A stretch of DNA of 20,000 nucleotides from an uncultured virus (IMG/VR IMGVR_UViG_3300034200_002321) (Duplodnaviria > Heunggongvirae > Uroviricota > Caudoviricetes), in the IMG/VR virus record IMGVR_UViG_3300034200_002321. The stretch is one strand, 5' to 3'. The notes beneath the pieces were generated by a model. The model was not told the origin of the DNA. It did not search any database and saw nothing but the letters and a program-made list of their open reading frames with translations. The position numbers and the translations under genes were made by a program. Within the stretch, counting starts at the first letter, position 1. Every line of letters begins with the position of its first letter. This document shows positions 6,755-15,044 of the stretch, piece after piece.

Positions 6755-7267
6755 ATGAGATGGAATACAGATTACCAACGAGTGCTTCCGCGGGACCTGT
6801 TCAACGAGGCTGCCCTGCTCAAGTGCTTGGGCAAGGTGGCCTTGTGGATCCACGAGGGGATGCTGCCCCTGCTTACGGTTGAACACACCCCAGTGGGTGT
6901 CGGCGACCAGCACACACAGGGCTTTGATGTTCGGCTGACTGAGTGTGGCTACCTGTTCGCTGGTAGTCTCAGGTTCTACCTGTGCGGCCGTCTGGCGGAT
7001 TCTCTTGGGCTGTCAGTGTCGCACCTGTCACAGCTTAGGAGTGGGATACATCCGTGGACGAAAGAAGTCCTGTTTGTCAGCCCATACAACAGTCGTGAGC
7101 CGTGGCCGCTGCTCTGGTGCTGGAGCTATGATGGAGACATGCTGCCAGTGTTCGCATATGACGGCGAGCCAGACCCGGATTTTCTGGCGGCGATGAGGAC
7201 GCCGCCGGCCACAACAGAAGTCAATGACGCTTTGCTGACGTTCTTGGAGGGCGATAGTGATGGTTGA
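6755..7267 (+). CDS. Hypothetical protein (MRWNTDYQRVLPRDLFNEAALLKCLG...)
   Basis: ATG 6755 with RBS. Confidence 0.75.
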   Translation: MRWNTDYQRVLPRDLFNEAALLKCLGKVALWIHEGMLPLLTVEHTPVGVGDQHTQGFDVRLTECGYLFAGSLRFYLCGRLADSLGLSVSHLSQLRSGIHPWTKEVLFVSPYNSREPWPLLWCWSYDGDMLPVFAYDGEPDPDFLAAMRTPPATTEVNDALLTFLEGDSDG

Positions 7268-7586
7268 GATTATGATTAACACTGACATCGACGCACCAGG
7301 CTGCCCGTGTGAGATCCTCGGAATCTGCGATGGTGAGGAGATCGGATCTATTCTGGTACAGACTGACTGGGACTATCCGGGATTCGCTCAGTCGTTTGGC
7401 TGGACGCTGCAGAAGGTGCAAAAGTCCCGCCGTCGTAAGTGCAGTCACGACGGGACTGATGGGACGGTTCGCTGCCCTTCGTGTGGCGTAGAGCCGGGGC
7501 AGTTCATTGCAGCTGCCTACGAATTCTTGGTCAGCAACGACGGGTTGCGGGCCGTTGACCCAGGATATTTTGATAGTGGAGGATGA
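7257..7586 (+). CDS. Hypothetical Cys/His protein (CSH...CPSC), possibly zinc-binding
   Basis: GGAGG RBS at 7246-7250; start at 7257 or 7260. Confidence 0.75.
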   Translation: MMVEIMINTDIDAPGCPCEILGICDGEEIGSILVQTDWDYPGFAQSFGWTLQKVQKSRRRKCSHDGTDGTVRCPSCGVEPGQFIAAAYEFLVSNDGLRAVDPGYFDSGG

Positions 7587-7587
7587 C

Positions 7588-8133
7588 GTGGATTTAGACA
7601 CACCAAACGACGTCAAAGCGTTGGCGTTGTCGGCTGATCGTGCTTGGCTTCTTGCCAGACTGCGAGACAGCCAAAGGATGACTGACACGCCATACAACGA
7701 GCTCCTGCGGGGTAGTTCGTTCGACTTTCAAAGCAAACGACTTTGCGGGCGGCATGGTTTCACCTTGCAATGGAAGCTGAGGAGGCGACCTGACCAGCCA
7801 ATCGAGTATGACAACCAACAGGCCTCTGTTGGCATTGTTACGCTGGATAAGAAGGAAGGCTACTCTTCAGTTTATCGAAGGATTTGGGGGTCGCTGCTTC
7901 CCGACGGTTGCTTAGGGCCTGTGGTGGTCCACCCGGTCCGTTTTATCGGTCGATCGCGGGGTGCATGCGGTCTTTGCTTGATCAGAACACACACAGTGCA
8001 TGATCCTTTGGGGGAGCCGGATGCCGCTCGGCAAGAGCTGGCTGGCCTGTGGGAAATACACCAAGACTTTGGTGTCGATGTAGACACACAACTCAGACAT
8101 GTGCATGGCCCGTTTATCCGCCGTTCTTATTAA
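7588..8133 (+). CDS. Hypothetical protein (MDLDTPNDVK...)
   Basis: GGAGG RBS, GTG 7588. Confidence 0.7.
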   Translation: MDLDTPNDVKALALSADRAWLLARLRDSQRMTDTPYNELLRGSSFDFQSKRLCGRHGFTLQWKLRRRPDQPIEYDNQQASVGIVTLDKKEGYSSVYRRIWGSLLPDGCLGPVVVHPVRFIGRSRGACGLCLIRTHTVHDPLGEPDAARQELAGLWEIHQDFGVDVDTQLRHVHGPFIRRSY

Positions 8134-8144
8134 AGGAAATTCTT

Positions 8145-8465
8145 GTGCGCAAAACAACACCACCCCCTGAGGTAGTAGACAGCAAGCTACGAGAGAGGCT
8201 TGAGCAGTATGTGCTGGATCACCACGCGATCCATATCATTCCAGAAAACACGCTGGAGCATTTTCTTCTGGTCGCAACGCCGCCAGTGAGAGACCAGCTG
8301 TGGACTGTCGTGTTTGCCCTTCCGTGGGAACAGTTGAGAGCTCTTTACTCTCCGTCGAGCAACTGTGAGCCTTTTGAAGAATCTGTGAACAAGTACGCGG
8401 TCGAGATCGCCACCTGTGTGTGGTCTCGTGAGTTTTCAAAACGGTATCCAACAGGAGAACGCTGA
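8145..8465 (+). CDS. Hypothetical protein (MRKTTPPPEVV...)
   Basis: AAGGA RBS, GTG 8145. Confidence 0.65.
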   Translation: MRKTTPPPEVVDSKLRERLEQYVLDHHAIHIIPENTLEHFLLVATPPVRDQLWTVVFALPWEQLRALYSPSSNCEPFEESVNKYAVEIATCVWSREFSKRYPTGER

Positions 8466-8482
8466 CTTTTTGGAGGGACCAC

Positions 8483-8686
8483 GTGCCTGCTGTCGTTAGT
8501 ACTGGTGCTGCTATTGAGAGTTTTTGTTACTTGACACTCAGAGAAGCGGTCGAAGTTGTTGCGTTTTTTCGCTCACTCGGCTGGGTTGTGTCCGAACCCA
8601 TCCAAACTTCAAGCCGCGAGCTGGGTTGGCAGCCGGATTGTTACGTTTACGTGCTTCACGCTGTTCACCACTCCCGTATTGATTAG
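8483..8686 (+). CDS. 67-aa hypothetical protein
   Basis: TTGGAGG RBS, GTG start. Confidence 0.65.
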   Translation: MPAVVSTGAAIESFCYLTLREAVEVVAFFRSLGWVVSEPIQTSSRELGWQPDCYVYVLHAVHHSRID

Positions 8687-8705
8687 TTTTTCTTGGAGAA
8701 AAAAT

Positions 8706-9545
8706 ATGTCTGTTCAGCAGCTCACACCCGCGACAATTGACATGACACTGTGGGTTTCAACATACGCAAGTCAGTACCACCCCGCTCCGTGGGAGGCCGA
8801 TGTCTGGCACTACGGACCTATTACGTCAGAGAATGGCCCTCTGCGAGTGGGACTTGATGTCTGGTCTGCGGTCTCCATGCTGCGGGCAGCGGACCTGAGG
8901 TATGCGGTGGAGTACCTCAATGATCTGGCCTACTGGGAGAGGTATAAGGACGATCGCAGACCTGCCTGGCTGCCACCCAGCCTGCTGATCTGGAGCGAAC
9001 CCCCAGAGACAATCCAGTATCTGAATACTTGGTGGCATCGAAATTTTTCGTGGCGGTGCAGCAAGCACCAGTCACCGGAGCACGCCGGTGACGGGTCTCT
9101 CATCTATCTGATGCTGGGGTGTGCAGACGCAACCCGTATGCAAGCTGCAACTGGCACCTTGCGGCCAGAGCACTACGACCGGGTGCTCATGTACTGTAAA
9201 GCCGCTGAGTGTTGGCGGTACAACACCATTGAAGGTGTTGATTTGTTGCGAGCCGAGCTGAACCTTGCGACAGCGGCAGGTCGCACGCCTGAACAAGCTG
9301 TTTTTGACATGCGGCAGGCAGACCTGGAGGCCTTTGAGCTCTGTGTGCACAGTAAGCACAAAGACGCATACGTTCGCTGGCTCAGAGGGTTGCAGGATGA
9401 CGACTTGCGCAACATGTACTACACGCCGATGACGCACAACCCCCTGTGTGTTGCAGATCGAATTGAAAAGCAGCTTGGCATCATCTACCGAACGCTGTGT
9501 CATCAGATGCCGGGGTATGCTAATGCACCTTGGAATAGCCGTTAG
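8706..9545 (+). CDS. Trp/Tyr-rich hypothetical protein (MSVQQLTPATID...)
   Basis: TTTTTCTTGGAGAAAAAATATG leader; ORF. Confidence 0.8.
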   Translation: MSVQQLTPATIDMTLWVSTYASQYHPAPWEADVWHYGPITSENGPLRVGLDVWSAVSMLRAADLRYAVEYLNDLAYWERYKDDRRPAWLPPSLLIWSEPPETIQYLNTWWHRNFSWRCSKHQSPEHAGDGSLIYLMLGCADATRMQAATGTLRPEHYDRVLMYCKAAECWRYNTIEGVDLLRAELNLATAAGRTPEQAVFDMRQADLEAFELCVHSKHKDAYVRWLRGLQDDDLRNMYYTPMTHNPLCVADRIEKQLGIIYRTLCHQMPGYANAPWNSR

Positions 9546-9547
9546 AA

Positions 9548-9621
9548 GCAGGTGACGGCGACTGTGTGGTGGGTCGGTGATGGTCACCGACCCACGTTTC
9601 TTTTTTCGATTGGAGCTTTGT
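9548..9621 (+). promoter_or_regulatory. 17-bp box copy 10 (GCAGGTGACGGCGACTG) plus a perfect 12-bp hairpin 9569-9595, U tract and TTGGAG RBS
   Basis: Motif match; GTGGGTCGGTGA/TCACCGACCCAC stem. Confidence 0.9.
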
Positions 9622-10392
9622 ATGGACTTGTGCAAGAAAACAAAAGAACACCCGGACTGGGTCAATACTGCAACAGGAGCGCACGTGCTCTTCGTCGACA
9701 GCATCTATCGCCTGGCGTACAGGAAGCTCGACGAAGGCGGGTCGTACTTGTTGGAGACGCCGCCGAAAAGGCTTCTGAGGTGGTTCTATACCGACGCCAC
9801 TGAAGACGAAAAGCAAACGCTGTCCGAGGTTCACGCGTGTATCGAACAGTTTGGGCAGGGTCTCCACATCAACAACAGCCCACTCGGTGTGTTTGTTTTG
9901 ATGTACAACGTCATGAACGGCAGGGCAGATCGGCTGCACACGGTGCTGGACCAAGGCATGCTGTCTCGTTTTGAAAAACGAATCCTCAAGAAAGACGGCA
10001 CTCTGACTAAAGAAGCACGTGCGGTCTTGGAGAGGACTGTGACTCCCGAGGTGCGGTATTGCCGGCCGTTCTACACCATCGACGGAGTGCTTCCCGAGCC
10101 ACCGTACTACCGGTGTGGTTTTTACGCATCACCACGCTACAACAAGCTGTATTTGCGTCTTGATACCAATTTTGCTGTGACACGAACAGACACATACAAC
10201 GGAAATCAAACACGAGAGATACTTTTGGCAGACACTGACAATGGGGTTGTGTCAAACATCCACCTGTGGTTCACCCCTCGGCGTACTGACTGGACTGAAA
10301 TCGAAGTACTTGCGCTCAAGGCACGAACAAAAGAGCTGCGAGCCGCGTATGAGCGAAGCCGCAGTCTGGCCGACGAATTTCCTGACTACTGA
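9622..10392 (+). CDS. Hypothetical protein (MDLCKKTKEHPDW...)
   Basis: ATG 9622 with RBS. Confidence 0.8.
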   Translation: MDLCKKTKEHPDWVNTATGAHVLFVDSIYRLAYRKLDEGGSYLLETPPKRLLRWFYTDATEDEKQTLSEVHACIEQFGQGLHINNSPLGVFVLMYNVMNGRADRLHTVLDQGMLSRFEKRILKKDGTLTKEARAVLERTVTPEVRYCRPFYTIDGVLPEPPYYRCGFYASPRYNKLYLRLDTNFAVTRTDTYNGNQTREILLADTDNGVVSNIHLWFTPRRTDWTEIEVLALKARTKELRAAYERSRSLADEFPDY

Positions 10393-10417
10393 CCAATCAC
10401 AAACGAGGAGTGTTGTT

Positions 10418-10705
10418 GTGCGAGTCACCATGGTGATGTCATCTAAACCAAACTCAAACGAGCTACACCTGAACTGGTCCGCCGATGAGTACAACAAGGA
10501 CGCAAGTCTGCAGAGCACATATGCTGTTGGACAGAAGTTCCAACGGATCACACAAGCCAGCGCGAAACTTTGCATCGGCTTTCCGGGGCCTTGGCGGGTC
10601 CAATCGCACAGTGCCAACGAAGATTCCAGCGTGACTGTAGTCCTCGTAAAACACAAGCGGGTCCGAAAGCCAAGCAGTGCAGGGTCTGGCTTTTTCTGCC
10701 GGTAA
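10418..10705 (+). CDS. Hypothetical protein (MRVTMVMSSKPN...)
   Basis: GAGGAG RBS at 10405-10410, in-frame GTG. Confidence 0.6.
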   Translation: MRVTMVMSSKPNSNELHLNWSADEYNKDASLQSTYAVGQKFQRITQASAKLCIGFPGPWRVQSHSANEDSSVTVVLVKHKRVRKPSSAGSGFFCR

Positions 10706-10809
10706 ACACGAAGACATACCAATGCTCTTTTTGTAGAGCATCGGTACTGGTTCAAATATCAACTCTCGTAATAAGGACACACTGATGCCAAACAAAAAAC
10801 CAAGACAGA

Positions 10810-11040
10810 GTGTACGAGCTGTACGATAAGTTTGAGGCTGCTGTGGAAGAGACGCAGGGCTGGGGTTCGGAGATCGAATCAGAGCTGACTACTCTGTTGG
10901 ACCCTGAATGCTACGCCGTTGAAGAATCCCGTCTCAGCACTATCGAGTCAATAGAGACGAGTGTGAAGGCGCTGCGGACGTACCTCCGCACTCTCAAACG
11001 TGTGTCTGCAAAAATCGTGGATCTCAAAAAAGCCAAGTAG
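10810..11040 (+). CDS. Small helical or coiled-coil hypothetical protein; true start may be ATG 10785 across an A6 frameshift
   Basis: ORF; the AAGGA RBS precedes an out-of-frame ATG at 10785. Confidence 0.65.
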   Translation: MYELYDKFEAAVEETQGWGSEIESELTTLLDPECYAVEESRLSTIESIETSVKALRTYLRTLKRVSAKIVDLKKAK

Positions 11041-11060
11041 CTTTTTTGCTGGTATTTTTC
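11025..11060 (+). terminator. Weak terminator-like hairpin CAAAAAAGC-CAAGTA-GCTTTTTTG
   Basis: Perfect 9-bp but AT-rich stem followed by T-rich sequence. Confidence 0.3.
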
Positions 11061-11079
11061 TTATTCTCGGAGACTATCG

Positions 11080-11826
11080 ATGGCAGGATATTTGTTCTAT
11101 GACGGGCCGTCTATGCTGGACGGAGCCCCGATCATTGGCGTAGCAACCACTGGCAGCAAAAACTCAAAGACCGGGCCGCTGCTGCAGACGTGGATTCTTC
11201 TGAGGGACCAACACCCGTTTGTCGGAGCACACACCGGAGAGGATGCTTCTGTCTGCGGTGACTGTCCACTGCGTGGTCTTGTCGTCAACAGCCGCAACAA
11301 GCACCGATCGTGCTATGTGCAGATCCACAGAGCCCCTGCAGCGGTGTGGAAGGCACATCGTCGCAGCCCCTACCCGCCACTGCCCAAACAGAGTGCGCTG
11401 TTGAAAGCGTACTCTGTGCGAATTGGTAGCTACGGAGACCCCGTGGCGATCCCAATCCATTATTGGGAGAGGCTTTGGTCTCTCTGTGCAAACGAAGTGA
11501 GACCGGGATATACTCACCAGTGGCGAGACAGTCGTTTCCGGCACTGGTCTCGGCATCTCATGGCCTCAGTGGAATCTGAGGCAGACGCTATCTCAGCTCG
11601 CATCGCTGGGTGGCGCACATTCCGGCTGATTCCATCGGTCGATCAGATATCCTCGGAGGAGATCCTGTGTCCCGCATCGCCGGAAGCCGGCAACAAAGCC
11701 ACGTGTTCCACCTGTGGAGCGTGTGACGGTAAAAAGTCAGAGTCAGACGGGCGCCGCAGTGTAGCGATCGTCCTGCATGGCTCATTCAACCGTGTGAAAT
11801 CCGCAAAGGCGGCGCACATCATCTAG
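11080..11826 (+). CDS. Cys-rich conserved phage protein, GP88/DUF7227-like (possibly a degenerate radical-SAM/Fe-S protein)
   Basis: Motifs YDGPSMLDG, SKNSKTG, CGDCP...CY, RIGSYGDP, GYTHQW, MASVES, GWRTF and CPAS...CSTCGAC; family recalled from memory, not searched. Confidence 0.6.
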   Translation: MAGYLFYDGPSMLDGAPIIGVATTGSKNSKTGPLLQTWILLRDQHPFVGAHTGEDASVCGDCPLRGLVVNSRNKHRSCYVQIHRAPAAVWKAHRRSPYPPLPKQSALLKAYSVRIGSYGDPVAIPIHYWERLWSLCANEVRPGYTHQWRDSRFRHWSRHLMASVESEADAISARIAGWRTFRLIPSVDQISSEEILCPASPEAGNKATCSTCGACDGKKSESDGRRSVAIVLHGSFNRVKSAKAAHII

Positions 11827-11836
11827 GAGATTGGTC

Positions 11837-12250
11837 TTGTACCGAGTTCTTTTGCATTTTGCTGACGGGTATATGTACACAATGAATGTCGACAGCGAAT
11901 GGGCGGAGGTGCTTGAAAGGCTGATGTTGGCTGACATCATCTGCCCCGACGAGGTCGAGCGCAGAGTCACTCGCATCTCTCAGCACCTCACGGACAACGA
12001 GGTGTGTTCGCACCTGTTGAACGCACAGTCCTGCATCAGCAAGCATTTTGCGACATACCCAGCAGTGACTTGGAGCGTCGACCTGAGAAACCGCATCGCT
12101 GTCTCATCTGTCGGGTGCACACTGACCGTGTCCGTACCGGATACAGATGAGCCGAACGTCACCTGCTTACGTGTCGCGATTGGCTGTCTTCGCGACTCGG
12201 AAGCTCACCGGATTCTGCATGCTGCTGGAGTGCCGGCGTGCCTTACCTGA
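11837..12250 (+). CDS. Hypothetical protein
   Basis: AGGAG RBS, TTG start (exact start uncertain). Confidence 0.6.
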   Translation: MYRVLLHFADGYMYTMNVDSEWAEVLERLMLADIICPDEVERRVTRISQHLTDNEVCSHLLNAQSCISKHFATYPAVTWSVDLRNRIAVSSVGCTLTVSVPDTDEPNVTCLRVAIGCLRDSEAHRILHAAGVPACLT

Positions 12251-12576
12251 TTGAGATAGCCAACGACCCCCCACTCGTTGTGCTCAGGCACGGCGAGTGG
12301 GATTCTTTCGACGCGATCAGGGCACAAGACCTGTCTATCAATTGGCCAGCTGCAAGAAGCTGCACCACTTGGAACAGGCTGGTAGATGTGCCTGTGCCGC
12401 TGCAGAAATGGTATCGCCTGCTTGTTGAAGAATTCAGCAACAGGCTGTACCTCTGTGAAAACGGCTCTGTGTGGACCACCGCTGTCTCCCCCGACGGGGT
12501 GCGGTGGGCCACGAAACCTGTCAGGTTCCACGCGAACATGACATACCTGTATGACTTTGCCATTCGAGAGGTGTGA
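12238..12576 (+). CDS. Hypothetical protein
   Basis: GGAG RBS, GTG start. Confidence 0.65.
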   Translation: MPYLIEIANDPPLVVLRHGEWDSFDAIRAQDLSINWPAARSCTTWNRLVDVPVPLQKWYRLLVEEFSNRLYLCENGSVWTTAVSPDGVRWATKPVRFHANMTYLYDFAIREV

Positions 12577-12577
12577 C

Positions 12578-12772
12578 TTGTCAGAAAAAGGATTAGTGCT
12601 GACTGTACCTGTTGGCCGTCATGCTGTCATCAACCCAGGCCCTAACCAGCTGAAGGTGGAGGTAGCACGCGTTTCGGGTGATAAGGTACGACTGAGATTC
12701 CTTGGTGACCGAGAGTGTTACAAGGTCATTCGTGATTCACTCGTACACGAAGAGGATGTTGACATTGTCTGA
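12578..12772 (+). CDS. csrA: CsrA/RsmA-like RNA-binding protein (divergent)
   Basis: GLVLTVPVGRHAVINPGPNQLKVEVARVSGDKVRLRFLGDRECYKVIRDSL follows the CsrA pattern L.LTR..GE.I.IG..I.V.V....G.QVR.G..AP....V.R.E; 64 aa; GAGG RBS. Confidence 0.65.
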   Translation: MSEKGLVLTVPVGRHAVINPGPNQLKVEVARVSGDKVRLRFLGDRECYKVIRDSLVHEEDVDIV

Positions 12773-12911
12773 GATCATCGCTGGATACGCAGTCCCCACG
12801 GCGATGCTGGTACTCGTTGCCGGTGTCGTTGTGAAGGCCTGCGTGACGTTGTGGGGTGTGCATCAAACCGAAAAAACTCAAGGATACCGGAGGGTCAAAT
12901 GGCGAAAATGA
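12765..12911 (+). CDS. Small single-pass membrane protein
   Basis: Hydrophobic IIAGYAVPTAMLVLVAGVVV followed by a basic tail; GAGGA RBS; start at 12756 or 12765. Confidence 0.55.
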   Translation: MSEIIAGYAVPTAMLVLVAGVVVKACVTLWGVHQTEKTQGYRRVKWRK

Positions 12912-13471
12912 GCGACCGTCCACGGGACTGCCGAGACTGGCAGCCTTGGTGGCGGCATGTTGTGATGGTTGACGTTGAAAAGAACACATGTGAAGCTGTC
13001 GTGTGGGAGATCTGCCGCTCCCGTGCCAACCGTTGCTGGATGATACGCAGCGTCACCGTGCATTTGCAGGGACACCAGGAGCAACGATCACCCGGCGCGA
13101 GTCGGTGTGTGCCTGTCGAGGTGGGCCACCAGTGCTACGGGTTGGCACTGGCATATGACTCGCAAGCGAACCAGGCAGCGACTCCCGACCTGTTCAAGAC
13201 AGGGATCCCCTTTGCTATAGAGCCAGAGCCCCAAGTGGTCCTGCAAGACTCTTGGTTCGATGGCCGACCACACAAGATTGTTTGGCCTCCCGGTGTGTTC
13301 GCGCTGCACATGGCGTTGCGTAGGGCCTGCCGAACGCGGCGTGTGCGGTGCAACATCAGCGTCACCAAACCGCCCAGTGGGTGGATCGTGAAAAACATCG
13401 TCCCCGAAACACCAGCAGAGCTGCTGTTCTGCACAACAGGAGCGGCATGTGCCACACGTCATCCCCGATGA
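12899..13471 (+). CDS. Hypothetical protein
   Basis: GGAGG RBS, ATG 12899. Confidence 0.65.
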   Translation: MAKMSDRPRDCRDWQPWWRHVVMVDVEKNTCEAVVWEICRSRANRCWMIRSVTVHLQGHQEQRSPGASRCVPVEVGHQCYGLALAYDSQANQAATPDLFKTGIPFAIEPEPQVVLQDSWFDGRPHKIVWPPGVFALHMALRRACRTRRVRCNISVTKPPSGWIVKNIVPETPAELLFCTTGAACATRHPR

Positions 13472-14186
13472 GCCTTGGCCAGACCGCCCACAACCGTCGG
13501 ACTCTAAACCTGAGTCGCAGTACGACCAATACGGTGATGGGCAAACGTGGGAGTTTAGTCAGCCCCAAGACTGTAAGAACGTCGGCCACCTGCAGATCAC
13601 GCTTTTGCGTCATGCAAAAATCCGCGGGTGGAACGTGCGCAGTAGCGTGAGCGGGGGCCGGCTGCGGTTTCAACGGCTACCGCTGCTGCCTGTTGTGATC
13701 GAGATGTGGGTGCCTTTTGAGCTCTACCTACTGCTCAGCAGGGCAGACCGGCTGGACCTCGAAACAGATTGGGGGTGTGTCCAGCACCTCTCCGCACTGG
13801 CTGCTGCCTTTGCGGCCGGAGACTGCAGTGCGGTCTTCCCCGAGTCAAACAGGAAGACTGCCCTGCGCCACCTGCACGAGGTGCAAGCTCATCTGATGCG
13901 AGGCTCGGACAAGCATTTGTATGCGACTCCGATCACCAGTGCGGTCAGCTGCCTGTGTTCCTCTGCAAAACACGATCAGAGGCGGGACTTGGCAATGGCA
14001 ACGCACGTTCTTGATTCGTTGGAGTTTTCATTGACGTACTGGCTTGTTGACGCGTGTCGCGAGTGTTTTGCGGCAGCCCCGAATCCGGTTGTATTCGTAC
14101 CACCAACTGACCGGGTGCTGAGAGGTCCTGACTTAGGCCCTCAAGGCATGCTCGTGTCGTGGTATGGAGCCAGCCGCACATTGTAG
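13449..14186 (+). CDS. Hypothetical protein
   Basis: AGGAG RBS, GTG start, 245 aa. Confidence 0.7.
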   Translation: MPHVIPDEPWPDRPQPSDSKPESQYDQYGDGQTWEFSQPQDCKNVGHLQITLLRHAKIRGWNVRSSVSGGRLRFQRLPLLPVVIEMWVPFELYLLLSRADRLDLETDWGCVQHLSALAAAFAAGDCSAVFPESNRKTALRHLHEVQAHLMRGSDKHLYATPITSAVSCLCSSAKHDQRRDLAMATHVLDSLEFSLTYWLVDACRECFAAAPNPVVFVPPTDRVLRGPDLGPQGMLVSWYGASRTL

Positions 14187-14200
14187 GAGAGGAGTAGTCC

Positions 14201-14554
14201 GTGTCCCAAGACACACCCATTTCAATCAGAATGCGTGGCTTTGCGCGGTTGAGCAGGAATTATCGACAGCGGCTGATCCGAGAAGCTAAGGACGCACAGC
14301 GGCTTTTTAGAAATCTACCAGAGCGACAATGCTGCTGGGGCGGCCTGACTATCGCAGAGATGGAGAAAGCACACATTATGTCGCAAGACTGGGAATCCCG
14401 TCGGCAGCAGGCCGTGTCTGAACTGCTGAGCCGCGGGTACACTCTCGGCCGGAAGAAAGACCCAAGCGGTACGTTCCGCACCGGGTGGTGGTGTGATAGC
14501 CGCTGGATCGCAGAGACAGCGGAAGAGGCCCTTCGTCTCGTCAACGGTAACTGA
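14201..14554 (+). CDS. Basic hypothetical protein
   Basis: GAGGAG RBS, GTG start. Confidence 0.7.
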   Translation: MSQDTPISIRMRGFARLSRNYRQRLIREAKDAQRLFRNLPERQCCWGGLTIAEMEKAHIMSQDWESRRQQAVSELLSRGYTLGRKKDPSGTFRTGWWCDSRWIAETAEEALRLVNGN

Positions 14555-14569
14555 AGAAAGGTTTGTTGC

Positions 14570-14845
14570 ATGCCAACTCCAAAGAGCATCATAGATCTGT
14601 CCGTATCAATCCTCAACGAGTCGTTTGATAAATACAAGACTGCCTGCTACGGAGACAGAGAACTACCGGCGGATCAGCTGCACGAGGTAAGGCGTGCTTA
14701 CCTGAGTGGGATGATCTGGTATGTATCGAAGATGGAGCATACGTCACTGATGTTGCCAATCCTCTGCGAAGCGGTCGCAAAGATACTGGAGCTCGACTCC
14801 AACATCACCGCAGCGATTGATAAATCGCCTGTGAAAGACGGCTGA
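14570..14845 (+). CDS. Hypothetical protein
   Basis: AAGG RBS, ATG start. Confidence 0.7.
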   Translation: MPTPKSIIDLSVSILNESFDKYKTACYGDRELPADQLHEVRRAYLSGMIWYVSKMEHTSLMLPILCEAVAKILELDSNITAAIDKSPVKDG

Positions 14846-14871
14846 CACTGTCTCGGCTTGTGCCGTGGTTC

Positions 14872-14902
14872 ACGCCCCGGAGGTCGGCCGGGGTGTTTCT
14901 TT
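14872..14902 (+). terminator. Rho-independent terminator candidate near the end of the rightward block
   Basis: ACGCCCCGG-AGGTCGG-CCGGGGTGT stem followed by TTCTTT. Confidence 0.6.
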
Positions 14903-14936
14903 GAGACAACCAGCAAGGAGAGGCGGGAGGCATCAG

Positions 14937-15044
14937 ATGCAAAACCACAATGTTGATATCGCAATGGTGCTCATGGTGTTGGCAGTAGTTGCCAACACAG
15001 CTGCAGTCGCGATGATCGTATGGGAGCTTATTCGCCTGTGGTGA
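14937..15044 (+). CDS. 35-aa single-TM peptide (MQNHNVDIAMVLMVLAVVANTAAVAMIVWELIRLW), absent from the ORF track
   Basis: Strong GGGAGG RBS; ends 8 bp before the convergent helicase stop. Confidence 0.6.
   Translation: MQNHNVDIAMVLMVLAVVANTAAVAMIVWELIRLW

Noticed and set aside
202..9564. LexA SOS boxes
   Set aside because: The box is CAG-N10-CTG, the inverse of the E. coli CTG-N10-CAG, and has a conserved asymmetric GC-rich interior
540..9621. Integron attC cassette array
   Set aside because: Elements lack RYYYAAC...GTTRRRY ends, the hairpins are short, they sit upstream of an RBS, and no integrase is visible
1298..9621. Longer ORF starts in the track (1298, 1966, 5756, 6716, 8556, 9577) and recurring VVLAAVV-type peptides
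   Set aside because: These arise from reading through the repeated leader or the upstream gene; RBS-supported starts lie downstream
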